A stretch of DNA of 64,000 nt from Octopus vulgaris (GCA_951406725.2 OX597824.1:21700001-21764000), one strand, 5' to 3'; positions 37,849 through 52,030 are shown, numbered from the stretch's first letter. The notes: generated by a model from the sequence alone, not told the origin. Translations and numbers: made by a program.

Positions 37849-38074
37849 CCTACGTACGTGTGTGTGTGTGTATGTATGTATGTATGTTTATATATGTGCA
37901 TGCATGTATGTCGTATTTATGTTTGTTTCCAACCATCACTTGACAACAAGTGCTAGTTTGTTTACTTCTCCATAACTTAGTGGTTTGGTGAAAGAGACTG
38001 ATAAAATAAGCACTAGATTTAAAAATTTGTTTGTCTCAACCCTTCAAGGCGATTCTCTACCACCTTGTTGGACC

Positions 38075-38420
38075 TAGTTGGAGTAAAAATGTCACCTTGC
38101 TTTACTCACCTTCAATAAGAAACCACTCAGGTAAATCACCATTAAAGTACACTCTAGCTTTCATGTTGTCATGCAAAGATTGTATCAGCTCTGTAAACCT
38201 GTTCAGATAACCAAACTTCTGTAACACATTCCCCAGTATTGATGTGCTGACTGAGTCAAATCCTTTGGTGAGATCAATAAAGCAATGATAAAAGCTAAGA
38301 TTCTACTCGCTACACTTTTCCAGAATTTGTCATGCAGAAAATATCATGTCATTAGTTTTGCTTTTGTGCTTTAAAACCACATTGCACTTCTGGGAGATCA
38401 ATCGCCATTGTGGAAAGCAA
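38075..38420 (-). pseudogene. RTE LINE RT fragment (motifs upstream of YADD)
   Basis: LPEVQCGFK....DMIFS..QILEKC.E.....CFIDLTKGFDSV......L.KFG...F..LI.SLH......VKQGDIFTPT. Confidence 0.85.
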
Positions 38421-38424
38421 TCTG

Positions 38425-38700
38425 TTTTTTGTTTTTGTTCCTTTTCGAGCCATGCCTGGCTCATAAGGGCCAGTTTCTCGGTTTCCTTGGTGTATAGGTC
38501 CCCCACCTGGATGGGACGCCGGTCCATCGTAGGTGAGCTGCAAGATGCAGGAAGAAAGAGTGAGAGAAAGTTGTGTCGAAAGAGTCAGCAGAAGTTCACC
38601 ATTACCTTCTGCTGGAGCCGCGTGAAGCTTAGGTGTTTCGCTCATAAACACACACATTGCCTTGTCTGAGATTCGAACCCGTGATCCCTCAACCATGAGT
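38425..38700 (-). mobile_element. SINE family C (V-like tail), fused to family H monomers at 38700-38910
   Basis: Matches 16250-16570. Confidence 0.85.
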
Positions 38701-39123
38701 GCACTGCCGGCACGGGGCCAGTCAGGCGGTACTGGCAATGACCTCGCCCGAATCTTTTTACACATGCTACTGGCACAGGTGCCAGTAAAGCGACGTTGGT
38801 AACGATCACGCTCGAATGGTGCCCTTTTACGTGCCACCGACACGGACGCCAGTTGGCTGTTCTGGCAACGATCACGCTCGGATGGTGCTCTTGGCACCCT
38901 ACTAGCACGTGCACAAAGAAAATCATACACCATTCTCTCTGTTTTCTCTCTGCTTTTTCTTTCCAAAAGAACGTATAACCTGCTTAGTCTGTATCCCTGT
39001 ATTATTTCTAAAGGGTTAATTCTAAAAAGAAATGGAAATTAAGGGAGTTACTAACTGCAAAGGGTTTTATATTTTATCTTTTACTTGTTTCAGTCATTAG
39101 ACTGCGGCCATGCTGGGGCACCA

Positions 39124-39537
39124 CTCTTTACTCTCTTTTACTCTTATACTTGTTTCAGTCATTTGACTGCGGCCATGCTGGAGCACCGCCTTTAGTCGAG
39201 CAAATCGACCCCAGGACTTATTCTTTGTAAGCCTGGTACTTATTCTATCAGTCTCTTTTGCTGAACTGCTATATTACGGGGATGTAAACACACCAGCATT
39301 GGTTGTCAAGCGATGTTAGGGGGACAAACACAGACAGACAGACACACACACACACATAAATATATACATATATACGATGGACTTCTTTCAGTTTCTGTGT
39401 ATCAAATCCACTCACAAGGCTTTGGTTGACCCAAGGCTATAGTAGAAGACACTTGCCCAAGGTCCCATGCAGTGGGACAGAACCTGGAACCATGTGGTTC
39501 ATAAGCAAGCTACTTACCACACAGCCACTCCTGCGCC
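39124..39537 (-). mobile_element. SINE family A nested in an older A copy (39075-39850)
   Basis: Two tails and two heads in nested order. Confidence 0.85.
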
Positions 39538-39854
39538 TTGAAGAATTTTCATTCTTTCATTTTGTTTTGCTGAATCACTAAGTTACAGGGATGTAAACAC
39601 ACCAACACCAGTTCTCAAGCAGTGGTTTGTGGGGGGCCAAACAGGCACAAACACACACACACTCACACACACACACAACAGGCTTCTTTCAACTTCCATC
39701 TACCAAATCCACTCACAAGGCTTTGGTCAGCCTGCCTAAAGCTTTAGTGCAAAGCATTACCCAAGGTGCCACGCAGTGGGACTGAACCTGGAACCGTGTG
39801 GTCAGAAAGCAAGCTTCTTATAGAACACTGCCATTCCTGCCATTCCTGCTTGTA

Positions 39855-40130
39855 TACATTTCTGGATGTTCTGTGTATTTATATGGATAAGTATAAATTG
39901 TCTGCGAGCAGATTTGCACACGGTTTCTTCTATTTTTGATTTAACTGTTCCACACTGATTGGCCGAGACTTTTGTTTGGTTCTTGTTGCAATACAATAGG
40001 TTTTTTTCTCTCTCTTCCTCTAACAGTGGCAGGAGTCTAGATGCATTCTGTTTCAATCCAGGCCAATTTTGATGCCTTATTTGTCCCAACTATTTTGATA
40101 GCAATGTTGTACATGCTTCTCTTAGGGGAT
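39855..40130 (-). pseudogene. RTE LINE fragment (EN-RT linker)
   Basis: LG...HQNW...NASRLLPLLEE.R resembles the G...RKHQDWF..N...I..LL region. Confidence 0.5.
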
Positions 40131-40194
40131 TTCAGGTTTCATTGACAGAAGATGAATCACTCTCTGCCACACACACACACGGAGTATATGTATT

Positions 40195-40256
<62 letters not shown>

Positions 40257-40604
40257 TACACACATAAAGATATTTATATATATGTATATGTGTATACAAA
40301 CGCAACAATACATACATACATACAAACATACATAAATATATATATATGAGTATCTATACATATATATAGATATACACATGCATACATACACACACACATA
40401 CACATGCATATATATGCATATATATATATATATATAATTATATACATACATATATTTACATATATAAAATTATATACATACACACACACACACACACACA
40501 CATAGGCATATATATATATATATATTACTTTGTTAATGCTTAAGATTCGATGTGATTGTGCATATGTGTATGCGCATGTGAACATGTTTGTGTGTGTGAA
40601 TACA

Positions 40605-40673
<69 letters not shown>

Positions 40674-41215
40674 ATGAGCATATGTGTCAGTGTATGAAGA
40701 CATGTTCCCATCTATACATACATTTAAATATCTCTACATATATTCAAAGCCTCAACACCGGATTTCGCCAACTGAAGTTCCTTCACCATTCACATTCCTC
40801 TGATAACCAAAAATTGCGATACATGAAACATTGCTATTTTCTAAAATAACATCTCCATTAGTCGAAATGTAATATAGCAATACAGTGCAGGGCTTCATAA
40901 ATGGCACGGTTATTTTATCAACACTAAATTCTCCTGTATTGGAGTGTAACCCACTAAGAAGACAACTACAGCTTTATTATAGCTTCTATATTCCTCTTGC
41001 GTCTCTAGTTTATATCTTTCTACCACAGCCCATGGTCAACTGTATGACAGACAAGGAGGTATTATTTCTTTCTATTCCTGAACATCTATTTTAGTCTTAG
41101 TGTACAAACATATATACATATGTATGTGTATAAACAAACAAACAAATAAATAAATAAAAAAATATATATATGTATATATGCACACACATATATATGTATA
41201 TACATGTATGCATAA

Positions 41216-41269
<54 letters not shown>

Positions 41270-41332
41270 ATATGTATATATGCACACACGCATACATATA
41301 TATGTGTTTACATGTATGCATAAATATATATG

Positions 41333-42460
41333 TGTTTTCTCTCTACATTGCTGCCATGCTCTCCGAAGTTCCAACAGACAACCCTGGAGTGGAACTCAGA
41401 TATAGATTTGATGGTGGACTTTTCAACATCTTGCGTTTCCAATCAAGACGTCACTGTCGAAAGCACAAGATCACTGAGCTTCAATATGCTGATGACAACA
41501 CAGCCCCAGCTTCAACTGCAGAAGACCTCCAAACCTCAACAAACAACTTCAGCAGAGCTTATGAAACCTTCAGCCTGAAAGTGAACATCGTCAAAACCAA
41601 AGTGCTTGCTCAACCAGCTCCTTGTACCAACTTTGATAACCCTAACATCACCATCAATTGAGGTCATCAAGGACTTCTGCTATCTTGGAAGTTTTCTGTC
41701 ACCCACTGCAAGATCTAGTAAAGATATCGAACATCGCATCCAATCAGGTCATGCCTCTTTTGGTCGTCTCAAAACCAGCGTCTTTTGCAACAAGGATCTG
41801 ACATTCAAAACGAAGCTCATGGTCTATTGTGCTGTTGTCGTGTCAACTCTTCAGGTACAGGTGTGACACCTGGACTGTTTACTGTGAGGACATGAAGAAA
41901 CTAGAGTGCTTCCAGCAATCCAAACTTTGCTCTATCTTGAAATTCACCTGGGAAGATTAGCATCACCAACTCTGAGCTTGAAAGATCAGGTCTCCTGAGC
42001 ATTGAAGCCTTGATCATTGAACATGACCTGACCATCATCTCCGATGGTCAGGTCACATCTGTCGGATGGATGAACATCATCTTCCCAAGATCTGTCTCTA
42101 CGGTGAACTGTCTGAAGGAAAACGTACTCAAGAAGTACTGCCCCCCTGAGGCAGTACGAGGACCAACTTAAATCAACCATGAAAAGCACCAACATCAACC
42201 CTGCACACTGGGAAGATATCTCAACAAACAGACCCCTCTGGAGACACACTATCAAAACAGATTCTGTGGACTTCGAGAAAGCCCAAGCCACAAGAACTGA
42301 GTTCAAGAGATGGGAGAGAAAGCAGCACCTTACATCCCTTGTCCACAATGTCCCTGTAGGTTTCATGCGACCCTTGGATTGCGGAGCCACCTGCAGTTCA
42401 AACACCCAGGAAAATGAACTGGATTGCAAGCTCGGAAACATGAGACACAGCCAACTACTA
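41333..42460 (+). pseudogene. RTE (BovB-like) LINE, RT core to C-terminus
   Basis: FSLYIAAML...RYRFDGGLFN..R...ELQYADD...KTKVL...F.YLGS....TKL.VY.AVV.STL...W...ST.RPLWR; frameshifted. Confidence 0.92.
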
Positions 42461-42507
42461 CTGCTACTACTACTACTACTACAAATAATAATAATACTAT
42501 ATATATG

Positions 42508-42555
<48 letters not shown>

Positions 42556-42662
42556 ATTTATGCATATACATATATATACACACCCACACATACATACAAA
42601 TATACATATATATATGTATATATATCTATATACATATATATATATATATATGTATATATATC

Positions 42663-42707
<45 letters not shown>

Positions 42708-42967
42708 ATACACGAACACACATACACATGTGTATGTATATATACATATCTAACAAAGACAGTGACGCCCTAAACTCCCAAGATGTAACTGCAATCGGAT
42801 TATGTAACTCTTCTGTGGAGGACACAACGCATGCTATCAGCAGCTTCCTGAAAACGTCAACAAGGTACTGTTTGCATTACAATGTGAGGTCATTGCTAAA
42901 ACAATATACAAGGGCATCTATAGGAAAAATTGCCCTGGAAAATAACTATAGACACCACCTCTGTTAT

Positions 42968-43037
<70 letters not shown>

Positions 43038-43279
43038 TGTATGTCATTATTCAGTTTTATTTCAAAATTTCTTGCCAATGGAGAAAGAGCTGGTTTCTAA
43101 CCTAGATCCAAGGCTTCTTCGTTGGAATTTCAACAACATCACCAGGGCATCCTTGCATGTATTTCTGTGTATGTGTGCAGTATTTGGGCTAAATGCATGT
43201 GCAGATTTGTAATTTTTGTTTTATGCATGTGTTCTCGTGCATACAGATTCCCCCAAATGAACTAAAATAATTTCATTGG

Positions 43280-43900
<621 letters not shown>

Positions 43901-44514
43901 TAGGAACATATTGTGTTGACAACACAGTTTATCTATTTAATCTCTAGCTTAAGGTGATACACACCCACAAAAGGGCCGCAGGATCACTTGCGTAAAAAAA
44001 CAGAAATAAAGAAACAAAAAGAACAAGAAAATAGCATAACATTAAACAGAAAAAAAAAAATAAACCATAGGTGTAAACATTCTCATATGTTTCTCACAAT
44101 ACCAAGCTTAGAAAAGAAGAGAAATAATGTTGGGTAGAAAAGCTGGAATATAGCCAAAAGCAGCAATCTAGAATATAATGGGTTTAGAGAAGTAAGTGTG
44201 ATGGCCTCTAGAACTTAACAGAAAGTTAACCAGTTTAATTAACTGAATTCCGACACCCATTTTTCTTCTGAATTTTCTTTCTTTTTTTTTTTTAGTTTTT
44301 TTTGTATATGTTTTTTTTTGGTGGGGGATGGGGTCGGGAGATTGGTTTAAGTCTAAGCATAAGATATTGTTTAACATTTAAGCTGTGTATTATAACTGTG
44401 TATTTAACCTGTGTATAATGAGTATTAAAATCGAACACAGAAATTGATGAATGAAAATGTATGTATAACTTCAATATAACGCTTTCAAATTTTAGCACAG
44501 GACTGCAATTTTAG

Positions 44515-44695
44515 AGACGAGGTTACGCTGATTAAATAGACCCAAGTGCTCAACTTGTACTTATTTTATCGACCCCAAAAGAATGAAAGACAAGGTTAAC
44601 CACAGCAGCAATTGAACTCAGAACATGATGCATCAGAAGAAAAACTGCGAAGCATTTAGTCTGACATGCTAACAATCCACTCAGCTTGCCAGCTT
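44515..44695 (-). mobile_element. SINE family D, old copy
   Basis: gtacttattttatcgaccccaaaagaatgaaag core. Confidence 0.75.
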
Positions 44696-44751
44696 ATTTA
44701 ATTGATATTGAAGCTAAATATAACAACTTGCATATCTACATTGAATATTTA

Positions 44752-44958
44752 AGCATAGGAGTGGCTGTGTGGTAAGTAGCTTGCTTACCAGCCACATGGT
44801 TCCGGGTTCAGTCCCACTGCATGACACCTTGGGCAAGTGTCTTCTACTATAGCCTCAGACTGACCAAAGCCTTGTAAGTGGATTTGGTAGACGGAAACTG
44901 AAAGAAGCCCATCACATGTATATCTGAATGACGTTTGTAACCTTTAATTGTGCTTCTG

Positions 44959-44991
<33 letters not shown>

Positions 44992-46085
44992 CAATAAAAA
45001 TGGTAAATAATTTTCCTGTGGTTTTTCATGTAACCAACAATTATTTACCGGTAAATTTCGGTATGTAAATACGACAAAATAATTGTCAAGACCTTTGTAA
45101 GGTTCAGTATATAGTAAAGAAAAATAAGTTGGCTAGCAGCGAGCTGTTTTGCCTCATACCGAAGGAATTAGAAATGGCAGTCAAAGACCGTTTTTTCCAT
45201 TTCTATAAGTGGAGATTCCAAAAACGAAGGCCCTTGCGGCTCACATACACAAAACCGGAGTGGCAAATATACGAATTCAGTCACTTACCGTTAATAGCGA
45301 ACACGGTGTTTCTGGATCACAAACCTATAAAAAAAATAGGGGAGTTTGAATTCCTTCTTCAGCGCTATATTCGTTAGCTTTATCAAATGCCACCAGCCCA
45401 TTACGATTACCCAGAAGGCGCGCATGGCAGAATTTTAGAGGGAAAATTTACGTTCCCAGTCGTTACTTGGTTTTAGCATCTGCGCACTTCCCCCCACTAT
45501 CTGATGTCGCTGGGTCAGAAGTGAGGGCTGGTGGCATTTGATAAAGCTAACGAATATAGCGCTGAAGAAGGAATTCAAACTCCCCTATTTTTTTTATATG
45601 TTTGTGATCCAGAAACACCGTGTTCACTATTAACGGTAAGTGACTGAATTCGTATATTTGCCACTCCGGTTTTGTGTATGTGAGCCGCAAGGGCCTTCGT
45701 TTTTGGAATCTCCACTTATAGAAATGGAAAAAACGGTCTTTGACTGCCATTTCTAATTCCTTCGGTATGAGGCAAAACAGCTCGCTGCTAGCCAACTTAT
45801 TTTTCTTTACTATATATATATATGTAGATAGATAGATAGATAGATGTGTGTGTGTGTGTGTGTGTATGTTTGCGTGTCTGTGTTTGTGCTCCCACCATTG
45901 CTTGACAACCAATGTTGGTATGTTTACACCCCCCATAACTTAGCAGTTCAGCAAAAGAGAATGATAGAATAAGTGCTAGGCTTACAAAGAATGAGTCCTA
46001 GAGTCGATTTCTTCAACTAAAGGTGGTGCTCCAGTATGGCCACAGTCAAGATAACTGAAACAAATAAAAGAATAAAAGATTAAAA
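44752..46085 (+). mobile_element. SINE family A split by insertions into its internal TA tract
   Basis: 5' half 44752-44920; 3' half 45811-46085. Confidence 0.85.
45114..45810. mobile_element. Fold-back MITE with 286-bp TIRs inserted in (TA)n
   Basis: 45114-45399 is the reverse complement of 45525-45810 (2 mismatches seen); 125-bp spacer; TATATA flanks. Confidence 0.92.
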
Positions 46086-46129
46086 GAACAACAAGATGAA
46101 TAGCTAAACTGATTATTTAAATTCTATAT

Positions 46130-46585
46130 TTCCATGCACCACGTAAAAAGCATCTGTGCTGGTGCCACATAAAAAATTCCCATACTGGTGCCACAGGAAA
46201 AGCACCTGTACTGGTGCCATGTAAAAAGCACACCGTACACCAAGTGGTTGGCATTAGGAAGGACACCCAAACATAGAAATCTTGCCGAAACAGACAAGTG
46301 GCGCTTGGTGCAGCTCTCGGGTTTGCCAGCTTCTGTCAAATTGTCCCACCCATACCAGCATGGAAAATGGAAATTAGATGACATTGATGGCACGTAAAAA
46401 GCACCCACTACACTCACGGAGTGGTTGGCGTTAGGAAAGGCATCCAGCTGTAGAAACATTGCCAGATAAGACTGGAGCCTGGTGCAGCCTTCTGGCTTCC
46501 CAGATCCCCGGTCGAACCGTCCAACCCATGCTAGCATGGAGAACGGACGTTAAATGATGATGATGATGACGCCGATGACGATGAT
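46130..46585 (+). mobile_element. Two tandem family H-related elements
   Basis: Two successive ggaagg.ca.cc...cccat..agcatgg tails. Confidence 0.8.
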
Positions 46586-46890
46586 TTAAACTGAGTATGA
46601 TAAAATAAGTGTACTAGTAAATGCTGTTTAGGGTTGGTGTTAGGAAGGACACCCAGTCTTAGAGACTGTTTCAAAACTTAGCATGATACTGTCAAACTAT
46701 TGAAGCCATGCCAGCATTGAAGAAAAAAGAAAAACAGATTTAAAATCTTGGTGTATATACACTGAGGATATTAAGAAATATGTAGATAAATAAACATAAT
46801 GATTAAAACGGTAGATTTCCCAAGAATGCCTTTCAGCATGATGAACATATAGTAACATGTAAATTAATTTAATTCAATATTGTAAACGAA

Positions 46891-47232
46891 AGTGAAGGTG
46901 CATGGCTCAGTGGTTAGAGCGTCGAGCTTATGATCGTGAGGTTGTGAGTTCCAATTTCGGACCGGGCTACGTGTTGTGTTCTTGAGCAAGGCACTTTATT
47001 TCACGTTGCTCCAGTTCACTCAGCTGTAGAAATGAGTTGCGACTTCACAGGTGCCAAGCCACATCGGCCTTTGCCTTTGCCTTGGATAACATTGGTGGCA
47101 TGGAGAGGGGAGGCCGGTATGCATGGGTGACTGCTGGTCTTCCATAAACAACCTTGCCCAGACTTGTGCCTGGGAGGGTAACTCTCTAGGTGCAATCCCA
47201 TGGTCAGTCATGACCGATGGGGGTCTCAGCAG
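46891..47232 (+). mobile_element. tRNA/CORE SINE family E (second copy 51175-51500)
   Basis: A box tggctcagtgg; CORE-like ttcttgagcaaggcacttt...gctccag; TSD tgtaaacgaaa. Confidence 0.88.
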
Positions 47233-47699
47233 CTGTAAACGAAAAATATATTCAAATTTTGTGTTGTAAACAGCTCTATTAAGGGAGCATTATCAAAATT
47301 ACTTACTTTATGTATGTGTGCTGTTATAATGCTGCTAAGCTGCAGTATTTCATCGAAAGGATGTGAAAAGTGTTAAAATACACAGTGTACTTCTGAGTTA
47401 GGCGAAACAAAATTGAGCCAGAATTGAATGAAAGCAACAGATGTTGATATTTCATAGTTATTGCTGTTCGTCAGCGACACATACTCCTCCGTTTACAAAA
47501 GTTGGGTCGCAGCAGCCAACTAGAAGAATGAATACAAATAACATAAAATCTATTTACTGATGTGCAAAAGTGTCTCACAAATAAAACAAAATTCAAACTT
47601 TGCATAAGAAGCAACTCAGTAATGTAAACACTATCACCATCATCACCATCATCATCATCATCGTCGTCGTCGTCGTTGTCATCACCGTCATCATCATTA

Positions 47700-48012
47700 T
47701 CATCATCATCATCATCATTTCATGTCCATTTTCGATGCTGGCATGGGTTGGACCATTTGACAAGAGCTGGCAAGTCAGTGAGCTGCACATAGGGCTTTAA
47801 ATTTGTTTTGGCATGGTTTCAAAGCTGGATGCCCTTCATAACGTCAAACAGCTTGCAGAGTGTACTGGGTGCTTTTTATGACACCAGCTCCAGTGCTTTT
47901 TACAGGTCACTAGCGCAAGTACCTTTTACATGGAACCAACACAAGTGCTGTTTACATGGAACCAGCACCAGTACTTTTTACATGGCACCAGCCTGGGTGC
48001 TTTTTACGTCAC
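47700..48012 (-). mobile_element. Old family H-related element
   Basis: catttcatgtccattttcgatgctggcatgggttgg...gctggatgccc. Confidence 0.7.
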
Positions 48013-48370
48013 ACCATCACATATTTAATGTATTCATGTTGTTTAGACACATGTAGTTGCAGTAGTTTGTCAAAGGGAAACACCTTTAAAAAACATGCAG
48101 CTTCCGAGCTAGGCAAAATCAATTGAAGTTATAACTGTAATGAGCAGAAATGTCATTAGCACTAATGAGAATTCTTGTCAAAGAAGTCTACACCAACATA
48201 CCACAGTGACCAGTCGAGCCAGTGAGACAATTTCTATGTTTTTCCTCATACTTATAGAAATAACTGTCAGATCTCCCTCAAATAAAAAAAAAGGATACAT
48301 TGGGTAATGACTGCAATAGCTATGTCTGGAATGATGAGATGGTCAAGGCTGGAATGCCTTTGATAAGAAA

Positions 48371-49431
48371 TTAACTCTTTAGCATTCAGACTACTCTGTC
48401 AAATGTCTAACTAAATTCTAACTGGCACTCTATAAGTTATAACAATAAGGGTTCTAGTTGATCCAATCCACAGAGCAGCCACTTCATGAAATTAATGTAT
48501 GAGTGATTGAGCACTCCATAGACACACATGAAATAATGAATAAATGTGCCCTTTTAAAGCCTAGCCAGGCTCATGGGCCTGGTTTCCCAGTTTCTATGGC
48601 ATATGTGTTCCCCAGCTGGACGGGACACCAGTCCATCGCAGCGTTACTCATCTTTGCCGGCTGAGTGGACTGGAGCAACGTGAAATGAAGTGTCTTGCTC
48701 AAGAACACAACGCGTCGCCCGGTCCAGGAATCGCAACCACAATCTTACGATCATAATGCTGACACCCTAACCACTAAGCCATGCGCCACCACCAATAAAT
48801 GTTCCTTCTCAAGCCATGCCAGGCTCATGAGGGCCGGTTTCCCGGTTTCAGTGACGTAGAAATTCCCCACCTGGACAAGACGCCGGTCCGTCGCATTATT
48901 ACTCATTTTTGCCATCTGAGTGGATTGGAGCAATGTGAAATGAAGTGTTTTGCTCAAGAACACAATGCATCGCTTGGTCCAGGAATCGAAACCACAATCT
49001 TATGATTATGATGCTGGCACTCTAACCACTAAGCCACGTGCCTCCACATAGAAACACAGAAACACATATGTACACTTTAATGTAGTTCTCAAGGAAATTC
49101 AGTGAGATACAGAATGTGACAAGGCTGGCCCTTTGAAATACAGGTACTACTCATTTTTGCCAGCTGAGTGCACTGGAGCTACGTGAAATAAAGTGTCTTG
49201 CTCAAGGACTCAATGTGTCACCAGGAATCAAACTCCTGACCTTATGACCATATGCCAAATACCCTAACCACATTGTTTTGAATTAAACATGCACTATTTT
49301 GCAGTCCGGGGATTTTGATGTGGTCATTAAAATTTAGAATGACATTGCTGGGTAGGTGTGAGAGATTGGATCTGGCCAGTCTGAACATAATACAGGTAGA
49401 ATACTTTATCCAGTTTAAATGCTAAAGGGTT
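48371..49431. mobile_element. TTAA MITE containing a long SINE (48420-49270, minus) that contains a SINE B dimer (48537-49048, minus)
   Basis: Three-level nesting read from consensus continuity. Confidence 0.8.
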
Positions 49432-49619
49432 GCTTTGCCAGTGCTGGTTTGGCACCACTTCCACAAAAACCCTTCCAACTCACTTACTCACCTCTCCTAT
49501 ATTGTGACCATCTCCACCAAGACCTTCCTGTTCAACTGACCATAAATTTTTTCCTAGTATTATAACAAGGTACAGCTAGCCATTACTTGTGAGTGAGTAT
49601 AGCTTGGTAGCACATACCT

Positions 49620-50028
49620 ATTTCTTTACTACCCACAAGGGGCTAAACACAGAGAGGACAAACATGGACAGACAGAGGTATTAAGTCAATTACATCGACC
49701 CCAGTGCATAGCTGGTACTTATTTAATCGACCCCTGAAAGGATGAAAGGTAAAGTCGACCATGGCAGAATTTGAACTCAGAACGTAGCGGTAGACGAAAT
49801 ACCTATTTCTTTATTACCCACAAGGGGCTAAACATAGAGGGGACAAACATGGACAGACATAGGTATTAAGTCGATTACATCAACCCCAGTGCGTAACTGG
49901 TACTTATTTAATCGACCCCGAAAGGATGAAAGGCTAAGTCGACCTCGGCGGGATTTGAACTCAGAACGTAGCGGCAGATGATATTACCTCTAAGCATTAT
50001 TCCCGACGTGCTAATGTTTCTGCCAGCT
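49620..50028 (-). mobile_element. SINE family D2 tandem (partial plus full copy)
   Basis: acctatttcttta.tacccacaagggg at 49616 and 49801. Confidence 0.9.
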
Positions 50029-50724
50029 TTGCTAGTTGTTTGAGGTGCCTTTGTAAGTCTTGAGCAGACACAGAAATCATGAGCAGGCACAAACATTTGT
50101 CACAAGCCCCTCACAGGTCCCTCACAGGCCCCCTCCAAACTCTCACCTATGATCCAGGGGAATACCCAAGAAGGAGAGAGGACTGCACAAGCACTCCAGC
50201 TGATGCTCATTGCTAAAAAGTAATGTACTTAGAGCTGTGACAAAAATGAAGTCCCATGCTCAAGGGACACAACATATCACCCAGTCCAGGAATTGAAACC
50301 TCATGCTCTCTTGGTCATGAGCTGAACATCTTAACCACTAGGCTACAATACTTACACTAATCCAGCAAGATGAAATTAATTACCTCTCTACACCAGACCC
50401 TCCCCAACTTCAACAGCAGCAGCAGCAGCGGTGAACTATAAGACTTGTGTCTAATTAAAAAGGAATCGCTATTGTCTCCCAGGTGTTTGTTCCGTGTTGT
50501 CTGAAACACCTCGGCTTTAGCAAGAAAGTATACTTAATTAACGAAGATTTAATGACGTCCTAATTTCGCAGACAGCAAAAACACCAACAAAAATTTTCAG
50601 ATTTAATAATTTTCAAACTTTTGGCATTTCAGTTGTGCTATTGTTGCTTTTAGTAGCAGCAGCAGCAACAACAATAGCGGTGGTGGAAACAGCAGCAGCA
50701 GGAGTAGTAGTAGTAGTAGCAGCG

Positions 50725-50755
<31 letters not shown>

Positions 50756-50874
50756 GTGTGCTGGTCATGAAGTAGGTGTGATAATCATTAATTTCTATAG
50801 TGATGTGATTACGGTGTGAGAGCAGTTGTCATGGTAAAGGCTGCAGTATGGTGGTACGGTATTAACTGTGTGAT

Positions 50875-51175
50875 GACAGCGGCGGTGAGGTGGGAGAGTA
50901 ATTGCGGTAGTGGTGGCGATGGTGGTCGTGGTGATGGTGGTCGCGGTGACAGTGGTGGTGGGGGTGGTGGTGGTGGCAGCAGTGGCGGTGGTAGTGGTGG
51001 TGGTGGTGGTGGTAGTGGTGGTGGTCGCGGTGGTAGTGGTGGTGGGGGGGGTCGCGGTGGTAGTGGGGGTGGTGGCAGTGGCGGCGGTGGTGGTGGTGCA
51101 CTGGTCATGGCAGTAGTGGTGATGATATTAGTAATAGTAGTGGTCGCGTATGGCGTGATAGTGATGTGGTAGTAG
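50875..51175. repeat. (GGT)n-rich microsatellite
   Basis: Directly visible. Confidence 0.9.
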
Positions 51176-51646
51176 TGTGAGGGTGGTTAGAGTGTCAGGC
51201 TCACAATCATGTGTTTGTGAGTTCAATTCCAAGACAGGGCTGTATTGTGTCCTTGAGCAAGACACTTTATTTCATGTTGCTCCAGTTCACTCAGCTGTAG
51301 AAATGAGTTGTGATGTCCCTGGTGCCAAGCTGTATCGACCATTGTCTTTCCCTTGGATAACACTGGTGGCATGGAGAAAGGAGGCCGGTATGCATGGGTA
51401 ACCTCTGGTCTTCCATAAACAACCTTGCCCAGACTTGTGCCTTGGAGGGGGAACTTTCTAGGTGCAATCCTATGGTCAGTCATGACTGAAGAAGGTCTTT
51501 TTACTTAGGTTTTACAAGAAATATTTACTTCTACTTTACTATTTAAATAGGTGTATTATTTGGTCTTCGTTTATTCTTGGTAATAATTTACTAATTATTT
51601 AAAAGCGTTGAGCTGGGAGAATTGTTAATACATCGGGCAAAATGCT

Positions 51647-51848
51647 TACTCTTTTACTTGTTTCAGTCATTTGACTGTGGCCATGCTGGCTTTTAGTTAA
51701 GCAAATCAACCCCAGGACTTATTCTTTGTAAACCTAATACTTATTCTTTTGGTCTCTTTTGCCAAACCGCTAAGTTACGGGGATGTAAATATACCAGCAT
51801 CAGTTGTCAAGCGATGTTGGGAGGACAAACACAGACACACAAACATAT

Positions 51849-51882
<34 letters not shown>

Positions 51883-52030
51883 GTTTCTGTCTACCAAATC
51901 CACTCACAAGGCTTTGGTTGGCCTGAGGCTATAGTAGAAGACACTTGCCCAAGGTGCCATGCAGTGGGACTGAACCTGGAATCATGTGGTTCGTAAGCAA
52001 GCTACTTACCACACAGCCACTCCTATGTCT
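51647..52030 (-). mobile_element. SINE family A nested in a family D copy (51607-52235)
   Basis: Host reads aaatgctta // gcagcattttgtctg. Confidence 0.85.

Noticed and set aside
45129-45377. 82-aa ORF mirrored at 45547-45795
   Set aside because: Falls wholly within the TIRs, starts at TTG, and has no transposase motif
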